Shown: in pieces, positions 50,641 through 63,706 of the stretch
How the letters are laid out: every line of letters begins with the position of its first letter
Numbering within the stretch: position 1 is the first letter of the stretch
Source of the DNA: Felis catus
Lineage: Eukaryota
Assembly: GCF_018350175.1 (NCBI RefSeq)
Contig: NC_058368.1
Location: 145,764,001-145,828,000 of the forward strand
Length of the DNA stretch: 64,000 nt
Direction: 5' to 3'
Made by a program: the position numbers and the translations under genes
The notes under the pieces: generated by a model
What the model was told of the DNA's origin: nothing
What the model saw: only the letters and a program-made list of their open reading frames with translations
The model's database searches: none

Positions 50641-51136
50641 TACCTTGGTTGCATGTGTCCTAAAAAGCTCTTCTGGTTGGTTTACACATATAACAGGCCT
50701 TGCTGGGGAGGATGACACTTGAGTAAACACAATAACAGGAGTATGTTATCTGTTAAATCATCATCACTTAGAATTATCTCTGGGAGAACAGCTGGTGGCT
50801 GCTTTACACAACACCATTCTGAATTCCTATTTTGTATGTATGGCACTCCTGAGAACACAATGTGTGAATGATGTCCCTTTGAGTTTTCAAAGTAGAGACC
50901 CTGGGTAATAAGGTTACAGACATTGCTAAATACTTCATGTGGATTGTCTCATTAAATCCTTTAGTAAACCTGCAGTAGGTTTAGGAGATGTAGTAGGGCT
51001 GAATAATAAAGTTATTTTTGGAGGTGTAAAGTTTGTGTCAAAATCTTGGCTCTGTTACTTAACCAATAGTGTAATCTTTATAAAGTTGCTTAAACTCTAA
51101 GTGCCTCAGTTTCTTCATCTAAAAAAAAGTGGGCTC

Positions 51137-51370
51137 GGGGTGCCTGGTTGGCTCAGTAGGTTAAGTGTCCGACTTTGGCTCGGGTCATGAAATCATGGTT
51201 CGTGGGTTTGAGCCCCGCATTGGGCTCTATGCTGACCAGCTTAAAGCCTAAAGCCTGCTTTGGATTTTGTGTTTCCCTCCCTCTCTGCCCCTTCCATACT
51301 CATCTGTCTCTCAAAAATAAATAAACATTGAAAAAAATTAAAATAAAAATAAGATAAAAAAATAAAAATA
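51137..51370 (+). mobile_element. CanSINE inserted into a MIR (about 51030-51500)
   Basis: MIR core gcctcagtttcttcatctaaaa before the SINE and taataatagtcatctacctca after it. Confidence 0.92.
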
Positions 51371-53351
51371 ATTGGGCTAATAATAGTCATCTACCTCACT
51401 GAATTATTATGAGGATAAATTACTCAATTCATATAAATTCCTTTGAACCATGCCTGATACCTCATAAATATTAACTTTTATTGTAACTGCCATTATTATC
51501 TTTATTTTATATAAATGCTACTACTTGAAATAGAATTGAGGCTTTAGAGATATTAAAAAGTTTGCATAAGTTTATAAGCCTAGTAAGCAGTGATGAAAAG
51601 AGTTGTCTTTCTCCAGTTACAGTACTCTGGGGAAAAATTTTATCTCCAATTTGAGAGGGCCAACTGTTACCTAATCTGGAAGAAAAGTTAAAAATCTCTG
51701 GACACTGATATACCCTTATAATTTAAACTCTTATGATTTATGAAATGTATGACCCATTTCCAACTTTGTTATCAGCTCTTTTTACACATAGCTCTCTAAT
51801 TTTGCCAATCTGTGGCTCAATAGTAAATCAGTAGGACAGATTATATTGTAACATTTTGCCATGATCAGTTTGTTCATTATTTAAGGGAAGTCCAATGTCT
51901 ACTCTTTCTTGTACTTTCCTCTCATGCAGCCAGACTACCAAGGCCAGAAAGGAAATTGTGGTGTATGGGTGTCCAAATTCTCTTGCATGAACCCATGCCT
52001 TCATGCATTGGCGAATATCAAGGAATGGTTTCATCTTTCACAATATCTTTTAAGCACAGAGCTTAGTGAAGAAATGGTAACAAAATTTCAGACTTTTGAA
52101 TGAGAGAAGGGAGATAGGAATATGCAAAGCCTGGGCCTTTTGGGGAATATCATGGAAAGGATGCCCTGCTGAAAGGTGGGACAGTAGGGAGTGAAGGAGG
52201 AAGGACAGGAGAAAAGGGAACATTTACATTTTCTTTCATGATTAGCTTGGTCTGGCATTGATGACAGTCATTTGAAGGGGAAAAAACAGAAGGAAAAGGT
52301 CACCTGTATTTACTAATTTCCTGTGTCAGATATTGTGATACATATTTTCATATACTTAACCTTTTTTTTATTCTACAAAATAATACTGCAGTGTAATTAC
52401 TATTAAACAGAAAATACTGTTGTGGAAATCTTGAAAGATTAAGTAGGTTGCTAAGGGCACTCAAGTACTGAATTTGGGGTTGCACAGAATCTGCCTCCTC
52501 ATGTATTATGGGATACTTGAGAGGACTATTAAAATTGTTCATATTCATAGCACTATAGTGTGCTAAGTTGCAGGGTTAATTATGATCATCTATTCCCAAC
52601 TCTGAGTCAAGCCACCATGTTGATGGCTTGAAATTGTGAGAGTATTTATATTTCAGAAATTACCAAACATTGTTTGGTTTTCTGGAGTAATTTACCACCT
52701 TTCCTTTGAGGTGATGCATAATAGTAAAGCTTGGGATGGAGAGAGAGGTTTACCGTTATGTGGTAAAGAGAGAAAAAGGCATCTGTGAAAGGCAAAATGG
52801 AAAAGAAAAACACAGGTGAGCCCTCAGGCAAATCAATTTTAGAGAAAACATAAATGGAAGCTGAAGACCTGGAAATTGATTCCCATGAAATTATGGTCCA
52901 GATGCCTATATTTTTCTTGGACAATCTTTGTGTACTCTCAGTGGTATGTATAATCTAATTTGAAGAGCACGAATGGAAAGATACAGTATTAAACAGAATA
53001 ATAACACTAGTCCCTTTAAGTGACCCACAGTGTAATGAGAGAAGATAGATAAGAAAGTAGAAAACTAGAATATGGTGTAAATCATGGTGTAGAGCCCAGT
53101 CAGTTTCCTTTGATGTGGGGTGAGAAGTTTGCAAGGCCAAGGGGGTATATTCATCCAAAGCCTATGGCCCTCTCCCAGTAGACCACATGACCTTTCAGGA
53201 TCGCTGGGATTTAGAAATCCAGGGCTGCACAGCCTCTTCCCTGGGTTTGATACCCTGAGGACACTTGTGTGCATCTGCTAGGCCTGAGGGGTTGGTAAGG
53301 GGTAGCTATGTAAGAGAAATGTGGGCAGAAGTTGAGATTGTGGGGTGGAGT

Positions 53352-53535
53352 GTCTATGAGACACCTGCTATGCTAGCAGGAGTTAGGGATGAGACAAGTC
53401 TATGAGACACCTGCTATGCTAGCAGGAGTTAGGGATGAAACAAGTCTATGAGACACCTGCTATGCTAGCAGGAGTTAGGGATGAGACAAGTCTATGAGAC
53501 ACCTGCTATGCTAGCAGGAGTTAGGGATGAGACAA
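53352..53535. repeat. 46-bp minisatellite, 4 copies
   Basis: gtctatgagacacctgctatgctagcaggagttagggatgagacaa starting at 53352, 53398, 53444 and 53490; one substitution in copy 2. Confidence 0.97.
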
Positions 53536-53719
53536 GAAGGGAGGTGGAAACTGGGTAGGAGGAAGGATCTTCCTGTGCAGGTTAAGTGCTGGCAGAGAAG
53601 TACAAATCTGAACCAGGCATTCCAAATTATGAAAGTATGTTTGTCAAGAAGAAAATAGAATATATTTAATAATTTGTTAGCTTGATTTATAGATTTCAAA
53701 TAGTTAAGTATACAGTTTT

Positions 53720-53929
53720 CTTTGTTTAAAAATTTTTAATGTTTATTTTTGAGAAAGAGAGAGAGAGGGCAAACAGGGGAAGGGCCAAGAGAGAGACACA
53801 GAATCTGAAGTAACTTCAGGCTCTGAGTTCTCAGCACAGAGCCTGATGGAGGGCTTGAACTCACGGACCACGAGATTATGACCTGAGCTGAAATTGGACG
53901 CTTAACCTACTGAGTCACCCAGGCCCCCC
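53720..53929 (-). mobile_element. CanSINE
   Basis: tgagtcacccaggccccc head end; TSD agtat(ac/gt)agttttct. Confidence 0.9.
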
Positions 53930-54099
53930 AGTATGTAGTTTTCTACTCCTACAGGTCCTGAAAATGTTTGGATGGAAAGGTTAAGGGCTTGAAGATCAGA
54001 TAGCAGTGAGATTATCAAAGGGTAAGGTTGTAGGAAGGGAAGCAACAACAGGGAATCCAGATAAGAAATGCAAAGTCATTGATAATTCAATGATAATTG

Positions 54100-54950
54100 A
54101 TTATCAGTGGGAATAAAAGGAAGGGTGGGTTAGAGAAATATTTAAAATGTACAATCCACAGGGCTTATTTGTGACATTCAGATACATTAAGGAAGACATA
54201 CAATTAACCAGTTTCATATTTGGGCCAGGATCTCAAGAAAGAAGTTGGGGCTCTCTATGAATTTGGAGGTTGTAGTTGTGTATAGGGGTAGCTGAAGTCA
54301 TGGTGGGGGATGAGGTCACTTGAGAGGTAAGTAGCATAATGTGAAAAGAGTCCTGACACTAAATGCCCAGGGAGCAGCATTTAAAATACAGGTAGAGAGG
54401 GGCACTTGGATGGCTCAATTAGTTAAGTGACCCACTTCAGCTTAGGTCATGATCTCATGGTTTGTGAGTCCGAGCCCTGTGTTGGGTTCTGTGCTGACAA
54501 CTCAGAGCCTGAACCTGCTTTGGTTTTTGTGTCTTCCTCTCTCTCTCTCTTCCCTTCCCTTCCCCCGCTCACACTTGCACTCTCTCTCTCTTTCTCTTTC
54601 TCAAAATTAAATAAACATTGTTATTATTATTTTTAAATACAGGTAGAGAAAGGAGCTCTTGAAGGAGCCTGAGAATGAATGCTAGAGAGTGGGGGAGAAA
54701 TCCTGAGAATATGGTGTCAAGGAAACCAAAAGGAAAGTATCTTTAGGGCAGAAAGGTCAACAGTGTCAAATGTTGCAGAATTATCAAATAGAATACTTGT
54801 GGGATAGTGTCCATTGGATTTGGCAGTATTCCACATTGGTTTAAGCTGGTCAGTAAATATCCTTGAGTGACTATGTGTTGAACAGCAGGGATAAAGAAAA
54901 TGTGTAAGGAAAGAAGTGACACAAAACTTATAGGATGTTACTCCAGCCAT
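54100..54950 (-). mobile_element. L2 fragment interrupted by a SINE
   Basis: gtcaacagtgtcaaatgttgcaga...gtgtccattggatttggca motifs of L2 antisense. Confidence 0.7.
54399..54632 (+). mobile_element. CanSINE
   Basis: TSD aaatacaggtagaga. Confidence 0.93.
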
Positions 54951-55116
54951 GCTTTTCTAAAATTTGAACTTAAATTGTGGTTATATTGTCAGGTATTCGT
55001 CACCAGCCAACAGCCTAGCACAACTCTAGGTATGGTAGAGATGTTAATATCTGGTAGCTTACTGATTTCTAAAGAAAGGAGAACATAAAATCAAAACGGA
55101 CAAAATAAATTTCTGT

Positions 55117-55244
55117 CAATCCCAACCAGGTTCTTCACTCATAGCACAGAACCCCACGCAGGACTGGAACTCATGAACAGTAAGATCATGATAGACCTGA
55201 AATCAAGAGTTGGTCGCTTAACAAACTGAGCTACCCAGGATCCC
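55117..55244 (-). mobile_element. CanSINE head and body lacking the CT tract and tail
   Basis: aatcccaaccagg...aactgagctacccaggatccc, with no (GA)n or T tail. Confidence 0.85.
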
Positions 55245-55572
55245 TTAGTAATGCTTTTTTAATCTGGTAGTCAGGATATGTACTATTCTACAAAAATGAA
55301 TTTTCCAGATAACCAAAGCTTATATCACCATCAAATGAAAAAATACAATTTTACTAAATTTGATGTACATTTCTGATAAATGTATGTATACCCTTAAATA
55401 AAAATACTGATCTTCATTTCACTTTCCTTTATGACTCTGGATCATTATTATATAAGCAACATAGATTATGTTTTGCTATAATGTAGTAATGTCTTCAGAA
55501 ACCTGTTGAGGTTTATTATGTTATTTAACTCTAAACAAAGATGAAATATTCTAGATTTCTCTATTTTGAGCA

Positions 55573-55743
55573 AGCTCTCTGGTGTCTCTTCTCATGAGGC
55601 ACTAATCCCATCATGAGAGCTTGACCCTTATAAACTCATCTAACCCTAATTACCTCCCCAAGGCTCCAGCTCTAAATACGACACACTGGGGTTAGGGACT
55701 TCCACATAGGACATCTGGGGAGATACAGTTCAATCCATAGCAC
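55573..55743 (-). mobile_element. MaLR LTR fragment (MLT1A/MST-like)
   Basis: gcactaatcccatcatgag...ctaattacctccc...ttcaatccatagCA. Confidence 0.8.
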
Positions 55744-55744
55744 A

Positions 55745-56530
55745 GACACATACATGTATTTTAATATAAATGGAACCATGCTACATTTATTCTTCTGCAT
55801 CATGCCTTTTAATTTAAAAATATTTCTTTGAAGAAACATATTTGTGTGCTTCATTCTTTTTAGTAATGATGTACTAATCTGTGTCTTAAATTGATTAAAT
55901 TTTGTTCAACCATTCCCCTGGTGATGAACATTTCATCTTTTCCAGATTTTGCTTTGTAAACAGTATTGCAATAAATGTCTTCATACGGACAAATTTTGTG
56001 CACACTCCATTTTAGTAAGACACATTTTTAGATGGCCAAATAATATTCTAATTTGAAGTTTGAGAAACAATTCCAAGTTGATCTGTGAAAAATTTCTGCC
56101 AGTTTTGTCACATTAGCAGTGTATGTGTTTCTATTGTTATTTTTTTATAATATTGAGATACTGGATATTATCCTTTTTTATACTTGCCAATTTTAGAATA
56201 TGAAAAATAAATTTACTATTTATTTAATCTGTAGATATTTAGTTGTGGTTCAGGTTATAAATATTTTCATATGCTTATTAATCATCTCAATTTTTCCTTG
56301 ATGAACTTCCAATTGTGTTCTTTGTCCATTTTTATAACAGGTTATCTTTTATTGCTAAGAGGGCTTTTGCTTGTAATTTGCACTGCGAATATTTCTGTAC
56401 AGTTTGACTTTTGCTTTTGACTTTTGCTCTTTAACTTCCAATAAATTTAAATTTTCATAGAGTTGGATTATTTAATATTTTCTTTTGCATATTTTGGGTT
56501 TCATGTATTGCTTTAAAAGGCTGACAATAA
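55745..56530 (-). mobile_element. Ancient L1M 3' fragment
   Basis: caaccattcccctggtgatgaacattt...attgcaataaatgtctt and ttttaaaagg motifs. Confidence 0.65.
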
Positions 56531-59500
56531 AAAAAAAAATGTAGCCAAAGAGATGAAATCTGGGAACAGGCTAGCTTTCAAAGTATTGAAAGCTTTTAAT
56601 CTTTGCAGTTTTCCTAGGAAATGATGCCTAGACATTCATTGGCTTTTTCAAATGCTTTTGTTTTCTGGCTTTCCTGGGGTTGAAAGTAGTTTGCTTGTAG
56701 GATTGGGATTATATTGTGGCTTTTTGTGATATAAATGGAATGTTAATATTCTGCCAAGGGCAGCCTTTGCATTATTTGGTGACATTTCCACAGGATTCCT
56801 CAAAGAAGCCTGGGACCTGCAGGCTTCTACATTGTGTCAGAGTGGGACTGTTTTTTCAAATTTTGGAAAAATCACAGTCATTGCCTGTTAAGCCAGGGTT
56901 GTTCCGGTTTTGTGGATACTGATTAGTTAGGAATTTCTCAGAGATCAAATCTTATTTTGGTATTCTACTCCTGTATTTTATTTTTAAAAAGGAAAAGAAA
57001 AGCACCATTCAAGTACTTTACAAACCTTACCTATGAACTGTTTTTACTTAACTTTTATATGAAAAAAAATATATAGCTATAGAATTTTTCTATATATGCC
57101 ATAAATTCCTTTTTCTAGTTAATTTTCAACCTACAATATGATTTCAAATATCAAAACAAGGCTCAAGACTTGAGTAGAGCACCAGATCTCGAATTTACTG
57201 GTTAGATTTTTCTTTATAACCTCTGAGATAGATTTCAGGAAAACAATTTTATAAATCCTAAAAGACCAGAGAACCTACAGCTACATATTAGTCAATATAA
57301 GTGGAAGTGCTGAGAACAGTTGTGGTTGTATTCTTTATTCTCTTAGTAGCTACTCGAAGACAGAGGGATTGTGCTAGACATTGGGATTCAGAGCTGAAGG
57401 TCTGAGTTCTCAAGAAGTTCAGAAAGGAGACAAAATCTAAGAGATAAAATTTCATTTGTTTCTCTTCTTAATGTCTGAGTTTCCTCATTGGTTAAGTGGA
57501 TCCTTGTGAGAACACAATAGTATTAATAGCTAATATTGTGTGTTCGTCTGTACAGCATTTTAAGCACATATCATGTGTTAATATATTAAATAATCCAAAA
57601 AATCCTATGACACAGATCCTTTGGTCTTCCCACCCTCCCAAATTGCTTGAGTGCTTACTACCTCTCTGCAAAGTAACTCCATGTTCTCTTGGTTCTTGTG
57701 GAACCATTTTTTATTGTGGGCAGTGGCTTCTCGAATGCATGTAATTTTCTGAACCTTGCCACTAAGCTTGAGAAGAACCTCCACATACTGGCAGAAAGCC
57801 CTCAAAAATTATTTTTAAGGGACTTGGTGTCAAGAGAGGTAATGAAAATACTCGTGGATTTATCTGTATGGAAGTGTCTTGAGTACTACATCTGACAATA
57901 AATGGATATGAATTTTCAGCTCTATATCTTAGAAACCTACTCAAATTTAGTCTCTTTTCATATATTTCAGGAAGCTATTCCTTGAAAACTTAACACCCTA
58001 TCCATGGCTAGCAAAATCTTGTAGCCCTCAAACTGGGTCTCTGCTGAACAGTAGGTTGAGTATAAGCTGACCCAGCACAAAGCCCTGCTTTCCACACTAA
58101 CAGTGACTATTAGCCAGGCTCTCAATTACAGTATCAACTTTTTGGAGGAAGGCTAGGAAAGAATCACACTTCCCTTATTCCCAGATATATCTGAAACAAG
58201 ACACAGTGGTAGTCATTAACAATAAAGATGAGGTTAATTTGCTTTCACTCTAAATCTGAATGCTAAAGTAACCATTTAAATAGTGCCAAACAGTGGAAAT
58301 AAGCAGAAAACTGAATTTAACCTTAAATGTACAGACCTGTGCCACTTGGCAAAACTTAACAGTCAGCAGTATTGAAATAACAGCAATTAATGCTTATATG
58401 TAAAATGAACCACAGTATGGTATGGGGCCAACAGAGCAATTTATCAAATTGAACCAATGTGACCCTAGAGATAGGAATATGTCCTATTTGAAGTGAGGGA
58501 ATGTAATTCCATAACATTTCTTAGAAACTGTCTGAGTTCTTAAAACTCTTATAACCTAAATCTCCTTCCTTGTTCCCCACATGCTGTCAGTCCTTGGAGT
58601 ACTGACTGGTTGAGGAAACCCCCAGGGTGAACATGAACTGCCCAGTGGGGAAGAGTGGGAGAGGAAATGGTGAGGAGCCCTTTGGCTGTCCCGTGCTACT
58701 GCTGAGGAACAATGGGGCCATTCTTCTGGCTTGTGTGGTTTCTACACATTTTGTTAACCCTGAATTATACACTACTCCTCTTAATCCTATAAGGTAGAAA
58801 TGGACAATGGTTTCTAGAGCATCTCTTTGGAAATAAATGAACTCTGTGCGAGTAAAACACAGCATTCTCATTAAGCTTCACTCATCTTATAGTGAGCAGG
58901 CACTATCGTTTTTGCCTCGGTCATGTGTTTGTGCAGCACACCATGTGCTCAGCCCTTAGAACTGGTGTGTCGTGCGGTGGGGTAAGTGTAGCTTGTAAGA
59001 GCCGTGGTGATGACATTTGGGCCAGTCCCTTGTAGGTTGTATATCCCCATGCGAATCATTTCATTGCAACTCAGTTTCATCATTTGTAAGATGGGTGTGG
59101 TGATCCTTACCTTGTAGAATTATTATGAGAAACAAGATTGTGTGTGTGTTTATGTATTTTACCCTAAAATGGCTCTGCTATTAATTGTCTCTCAACAAAT
59201 AATTACCCCACTATTCTTACTAAAGACCCCCTTACTAAAGTCTGTTGCCCCACAGACTTAAAGTCTGGGTAAGGAAATAGGATATTTATTTATGAAATAG
59301 TGCTTAAGCAGGACTTCCTTTCCACTTTTTCAAGGTGGAAGTCATTTTTCTCTTCTCCATATCCCTGTGCCAGTTTTTTGTCATCGAAATGGATCGCTGG
59401 GGAGCCCACACAGGGCTCTTGTAGGCATAGGACTAGGAGTGGGAGATTGGGTTCTATTCCAGACCTTCCCACTTCTCTGTTGGCTACCTTTGATTAAGTT

Positions 59501-60093
59501 CCTTAACTCTTGGGAGTCTCCATTTCCTCATTTATAAAATGGAAATAGTACCATAATCCTCTCCCAGGACTTTTGTGAGGATCAAGGAGGTCATGAAAAC
59601 CAGAGTCCTGAAATGTCTTATAAAACACAAAGCATTATTAATATTCTATTGTGGTTATTCATGAATATTCCTTATGCCTCAGACTAGGTAGATTCATAGC
59701 ACAGTGATTTGAACAACCAGCGTTCAAAAGCTATGATCTAGGGAGGAAAACTTAATGTGAGAAATACGGTAAAGTAGCGATTAGATAAGAATTTCTAATA
59801 CATCACTTCTTCTATTGAGACTTACTGCCTTTTTCTATATGAATTATTTTAATTTTTTTCCCAAGGAATAACCAATGAAGGGTAAAATGAACCGTTGGGA
59901 TTATCAGGGAAGATTTTCAAGATCCAAGATCAGGAAAGGGAGATAATAATGGATAGGCAATCAATAATAATGATTAATAATAATGATTAATAATAATAAT
60001 AATAAGATACCTTTTGTTGTGGTGAGTTTGTGCTATTATGGTATATGTGGTGTATTTATCATCCATTTCCAGGACAGCCCCCCACCCTGCCCC

Positions 60094-60095
<2 letters not shown>

Positions 60096-60134
<39 letters not shown>
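60096..60134. repeat. (CA)n microsatellite
   Basis: Read directly from the sequence. Confidence 0.95.
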
Positions 60135-60136
<2 letters not shown>

Positions 60137-61060
60137 AAACTAAATAAATGGTGGGAAAAAAACAACCAATCACCAAGAATCAGCCCACCAAGAATCAAGG
60201 CTCATCATTGTTAAGAGCCAAAACAAATCACAAGTAGGTTTAAGTTGTGGCTCTCTAGATGGCACAGAATTAAAAAGATCTCTGTGATGCCTAGGTCAAA
60301 AGCCTTCAATTATGGACAGACACAGTCTGCGACTCTGACTGCATGTGTGTCCAGTGCTCTCATACTGGGCACCTGAAAGGAACCAGCAGTGCTTGATGAG
60401 GAACTACTGTATATTCCTTCAAAGGCTAGCGAGGAATGGGTCATTCTTTATTATTATTACGTCTTATGATTCTAACAGGGTCTTGATTTGGGGTAACCTC
60501 AATCCCAAAGTTGACTGGTTCTTTAAAGGGATGTTTTGATAGAATAGAATATGTTTGCCTCTAGCCACATCACTAAGGGAAGTTATTGTTAACCATTGTT
60601 AAACATACAGTTTACCCATGTGAGAAGGCTCTTGATTACCAATTCTGAGAGACTGCTGCTTTTGACTTTCAATTGTGGCTTATATTTGAAACCACAGTCT
60701 TAAGATGTCTTCCAGTTAATAGACCTGCTGGACTCTGGTGGCCCAATTTCAGCTGTTCTGGAAAACACGGAGTCACTCTTCTAAGCTCCCATCCTCAGGC
60801 CCTCCAAAGTGGATTTCTTAAATATTACGTAGCGTATAAGTCAGACCATCAGACATACTATTCACCTAGTAGTTTTCACATGATGTAATGACTCCATATT
60901 TATTTATGTAGCTTTCATGAGCAATATGAAACATAACAGTGGTGAAAGAGAATATCTGAAAGTTCAGTTGCAATATAAATGACATGATTGATTAATATGC
61001 AATAATGGGTAACTGAATGTTTACTATGTGCCCCAAAGCAGTGGTGGAGAATTTCACATT

Positions 61061-61278
61061 ATTTTTAATTTTTTTTAACGTTTATTTATTTTTGAGACAG
61101 AGAGAGATAGAGCATGAACGGGGTGGGTCAGAGAGAGAGGGAGACACAGAATCTGAAACAGGCTCCAGGCTCTGAGCTGTCAGCACAGAGCCCGACGCGG
61201 GGCTCAAACCCACGAACTGTGAGATCGTGACCTGAGCTGAAGTCGGACACTTAGCTGACTGAGCCACCCAGGCGCCCC
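61061..61278 (-). mobile_element. CanSINE
   Basis: Perfect TSD gagaatttcacatt at 61047-61060 and 61279-61292. Confidence 0.95.
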
Positions 61279-63239
61279 GAGAATTTCACATTTATACTTC
61301 ATCTGTAATAATCCTGTAAGGGACCTATTATTATTTTAGCTTTATTAATAAGAAATATGAGGATCAAAGAAGTCAATTAATTTTTCCAGTGTCACATAGC
61401 TGCTCAATAAAGCAGCCAAATTATTAAATCTAATCATGAATCTACTTTTTCTAGAGAGAACAGTTTTTTTTTTTTTGTTCTTTGTTTTTGTTTTGGCCTT
61501 TATATCTGTTTTCAGGAAACTAAAAAATTCTGCCCTGGCCTTTAAGCAATGTTTGAGGGACTTGCATTGTTCCAGGACACTGTAACCAGTGAAAGGCATA
61601 CACAGAACTCTTTATACTACAGTGTATTTTTTTCAATGGAACATAAACTTTGTGGCTACTTTTAATCTGTATTTTAGGGAACCATTTTTTTCTATTTATT
61701 TGCCTTCCCTAGATCTCTGTATAATTCTGAAACAGAGCATATTTCTGTCAGAAAGGCAATCATAGATTAGTTTTTTAACTAATAAACTAAAAAAATGTAT
61801 CTCCAGAAAAGGCTATCATAATTTAATTTTAGTTGTAATCCAGTATTCCTAAATATAGGTGATTTGAAACTGTAATAAAAAAATACATATATATATTTGA
61901 GCACCTGTTTTTGGCTAACTGATTTTTCTGGATCAAATTTATCATTGTATAATGAGGGATTTACTTCAAAAAGGAGATTATTTTCTTTAACAATTCTTTA
62001 ACTTATACAGTGTTTAGCAAAAGTAGCATCATAGAATGGGATATTTAAAAAAATTAAAAGGTTCTTGAGGTATTTCCTGGAATACTTAATAAAATTTTGA
62101 TTTGAAAACTAAGCCAGTACACTGTTTAGTTTAGGGTGTTTCCCTATGTTTTCATAATTTGAGACACTGCAAGAAAAATAGAATCTTTAAGTCTGGGAAG
62201 TAAATTATTTTCTCTTGAGCCAGGTCTTATATTGGTCAAAGTGCCGTCCTCATTTTCCTAGTGATTGATAGTAAGAGGTATGCCCCAGTGTCGCCACTCT
62301 GTGTCAGATAGTAAGGGTCAAATGTACGTGGATATAGAGTCAAAAGCCTCTGTCAATGTTTTAGCAAACTTCAGAGCCTTCCTATGGGCTAATTTATCAT
62401 CATGTCTAGCAGTTGTTACCAAATGTGAGAACATGATGAATGGGGATGAGAATCAGACTGAAGTGTTGGACTGGTCTGCCCCAAATCGTGAATTTGGCCA
62501 AGTTTGTCCTGAATTCCTCTCCTCTTTTCTGCATTCCCTGCTCACTGTGACTAGTCTCTCGCTTCCTCAGTGTTGACCCGGTATTCCTCCACGTCATGTC
62601 TTGCCCCGGTAAACTAGTTAAAGCTCAACTCTTCCTTGTCTCCTTCTATCCAAGATGGAAAGGATCTTACATTCTTCTCTGAGCCAGAAGCTTGACACGA
62701 TTTGATTCTTTAAACAAACTGCAAGCAATATTAGAGGATATTGTTTCCAGGTTACACACGAGGCTCACATATATCAGGCAAGACACCCAACTCACAGCAC
62801 TAGTAATTAGTGGGAACTAGTGATATGAACCCAGGTCTGTTTAATTGACAGTCATGTGCTTACTACCATGACATGCTGCTTCCCAATCTAACTTAACTAT
62901 TTCATTTTTTTACTTCTTCAGAGGCCAGCAGAGTGTCTGGTAAGATCAACAAATGAACCAGCTCCAAACAAGGTGTTAATGGCTGATGTCAAGTCAGTGA
63001 GAGCATGGAGAAGGGCCACCATTTGTTTGCCAGTGTTTCTTCTTCCTGAGATCTGCTGTCTTGGCTCTTGTGTGATCAAGGCCAGTGTCCAGAACATAAG
63101 CCTTGATCTCAGAAGGTGAGTCTGCGACCCCTCATCCAGGGAGAAATTTCATTTTTAACTCTAAAAGTTCTTATTTGGTAAGCATCCTACCTGAAAGTAT
63201 TTTCCTCTTTGATGATATTTGTGTTTAAAAGCAGTCTCA

Positions 63240-63459
63240 GGGGTGCCTGGGTGGCTCAGTCGGTTAGGCGGCCGACTTCGGCTCAGGTCATGATCTCATG
63301 GTCTGTGAGTTCGAGCCCCACGTCGGGCTCTGTGCTGACAGCTCAGAGCCTGGAGCCTGTTTCGGATTCTGTGTCTCCCTCTCTCTGACCCTCCCCCATT
63401 CATGCTCTGTCTCTCTCTGTCTCAAAAATAAATAAACGTTAAAAAAAAATTAAAAAAAA
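63240..63459 (+). mobile_element. CanSINE
   Basis: Perfect TSD aaaagcagtctca at 63227-63239 and 63460-63472. Confidence 0.95.
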
Positions 63460-63472
63460 AAAAGCAGTCTCA

Positions 63473-63706
63473 AGTGATGTCAGTGAGGTGACAGAATAGG
63501 AGTTTCCAGCCCTCATCCCTTCACAGAAACACTTATTTCACAATCATTCTTGTACAAAAATACATTTATGAGAGCTCTAGAATCCGGATGAGAGGTTGCA
63601 ACACTAGTGGAACACAGAAATGAGAAAAGATACATTACAAAAATTGTATACATTAAGTATGTACAACTTTTTCCGTGTCAGTCATACCTTGATAAAGTGG
63701 TTTTAA
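63473..63706 (+). mobile_element. Old L1M 5' end joined to an L1M 3' end
   Basis: agtgatgtcagtgaggtgacagaatagga... resembles an L1M 5' start; aaattgtatacattaagtatgtacaac...gataaagtggttttaa resembles an L1M 3' terminus. Confidence 0.6.

Noticed and set aside
53352..53535. CRISPR-like array of palindromic repeats
   Set aside because: Units are contiguous with no unique spacers, there are no cas genes, and the DNA is mammalian
62265..62576. 103-aa ORF in unique DNA
   Set aside because: Non-ATG start, no recognisable motif and no convincing splice signals
3499..63459. tRNA genes at SINE heads and recurrent short ORFs (GAWVAQSV..., ...INKR)
   Set aside because: CanSINE heads are tRNA-derived but are not cloverleaf tRNA genes; the ORFs are SINE translations
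98..63459. SINE strand bias (about 20 minus vs 12 plus) as evidence of a host gene direction
   Set aside because: The imbalance is too small for 32 copies to be informative
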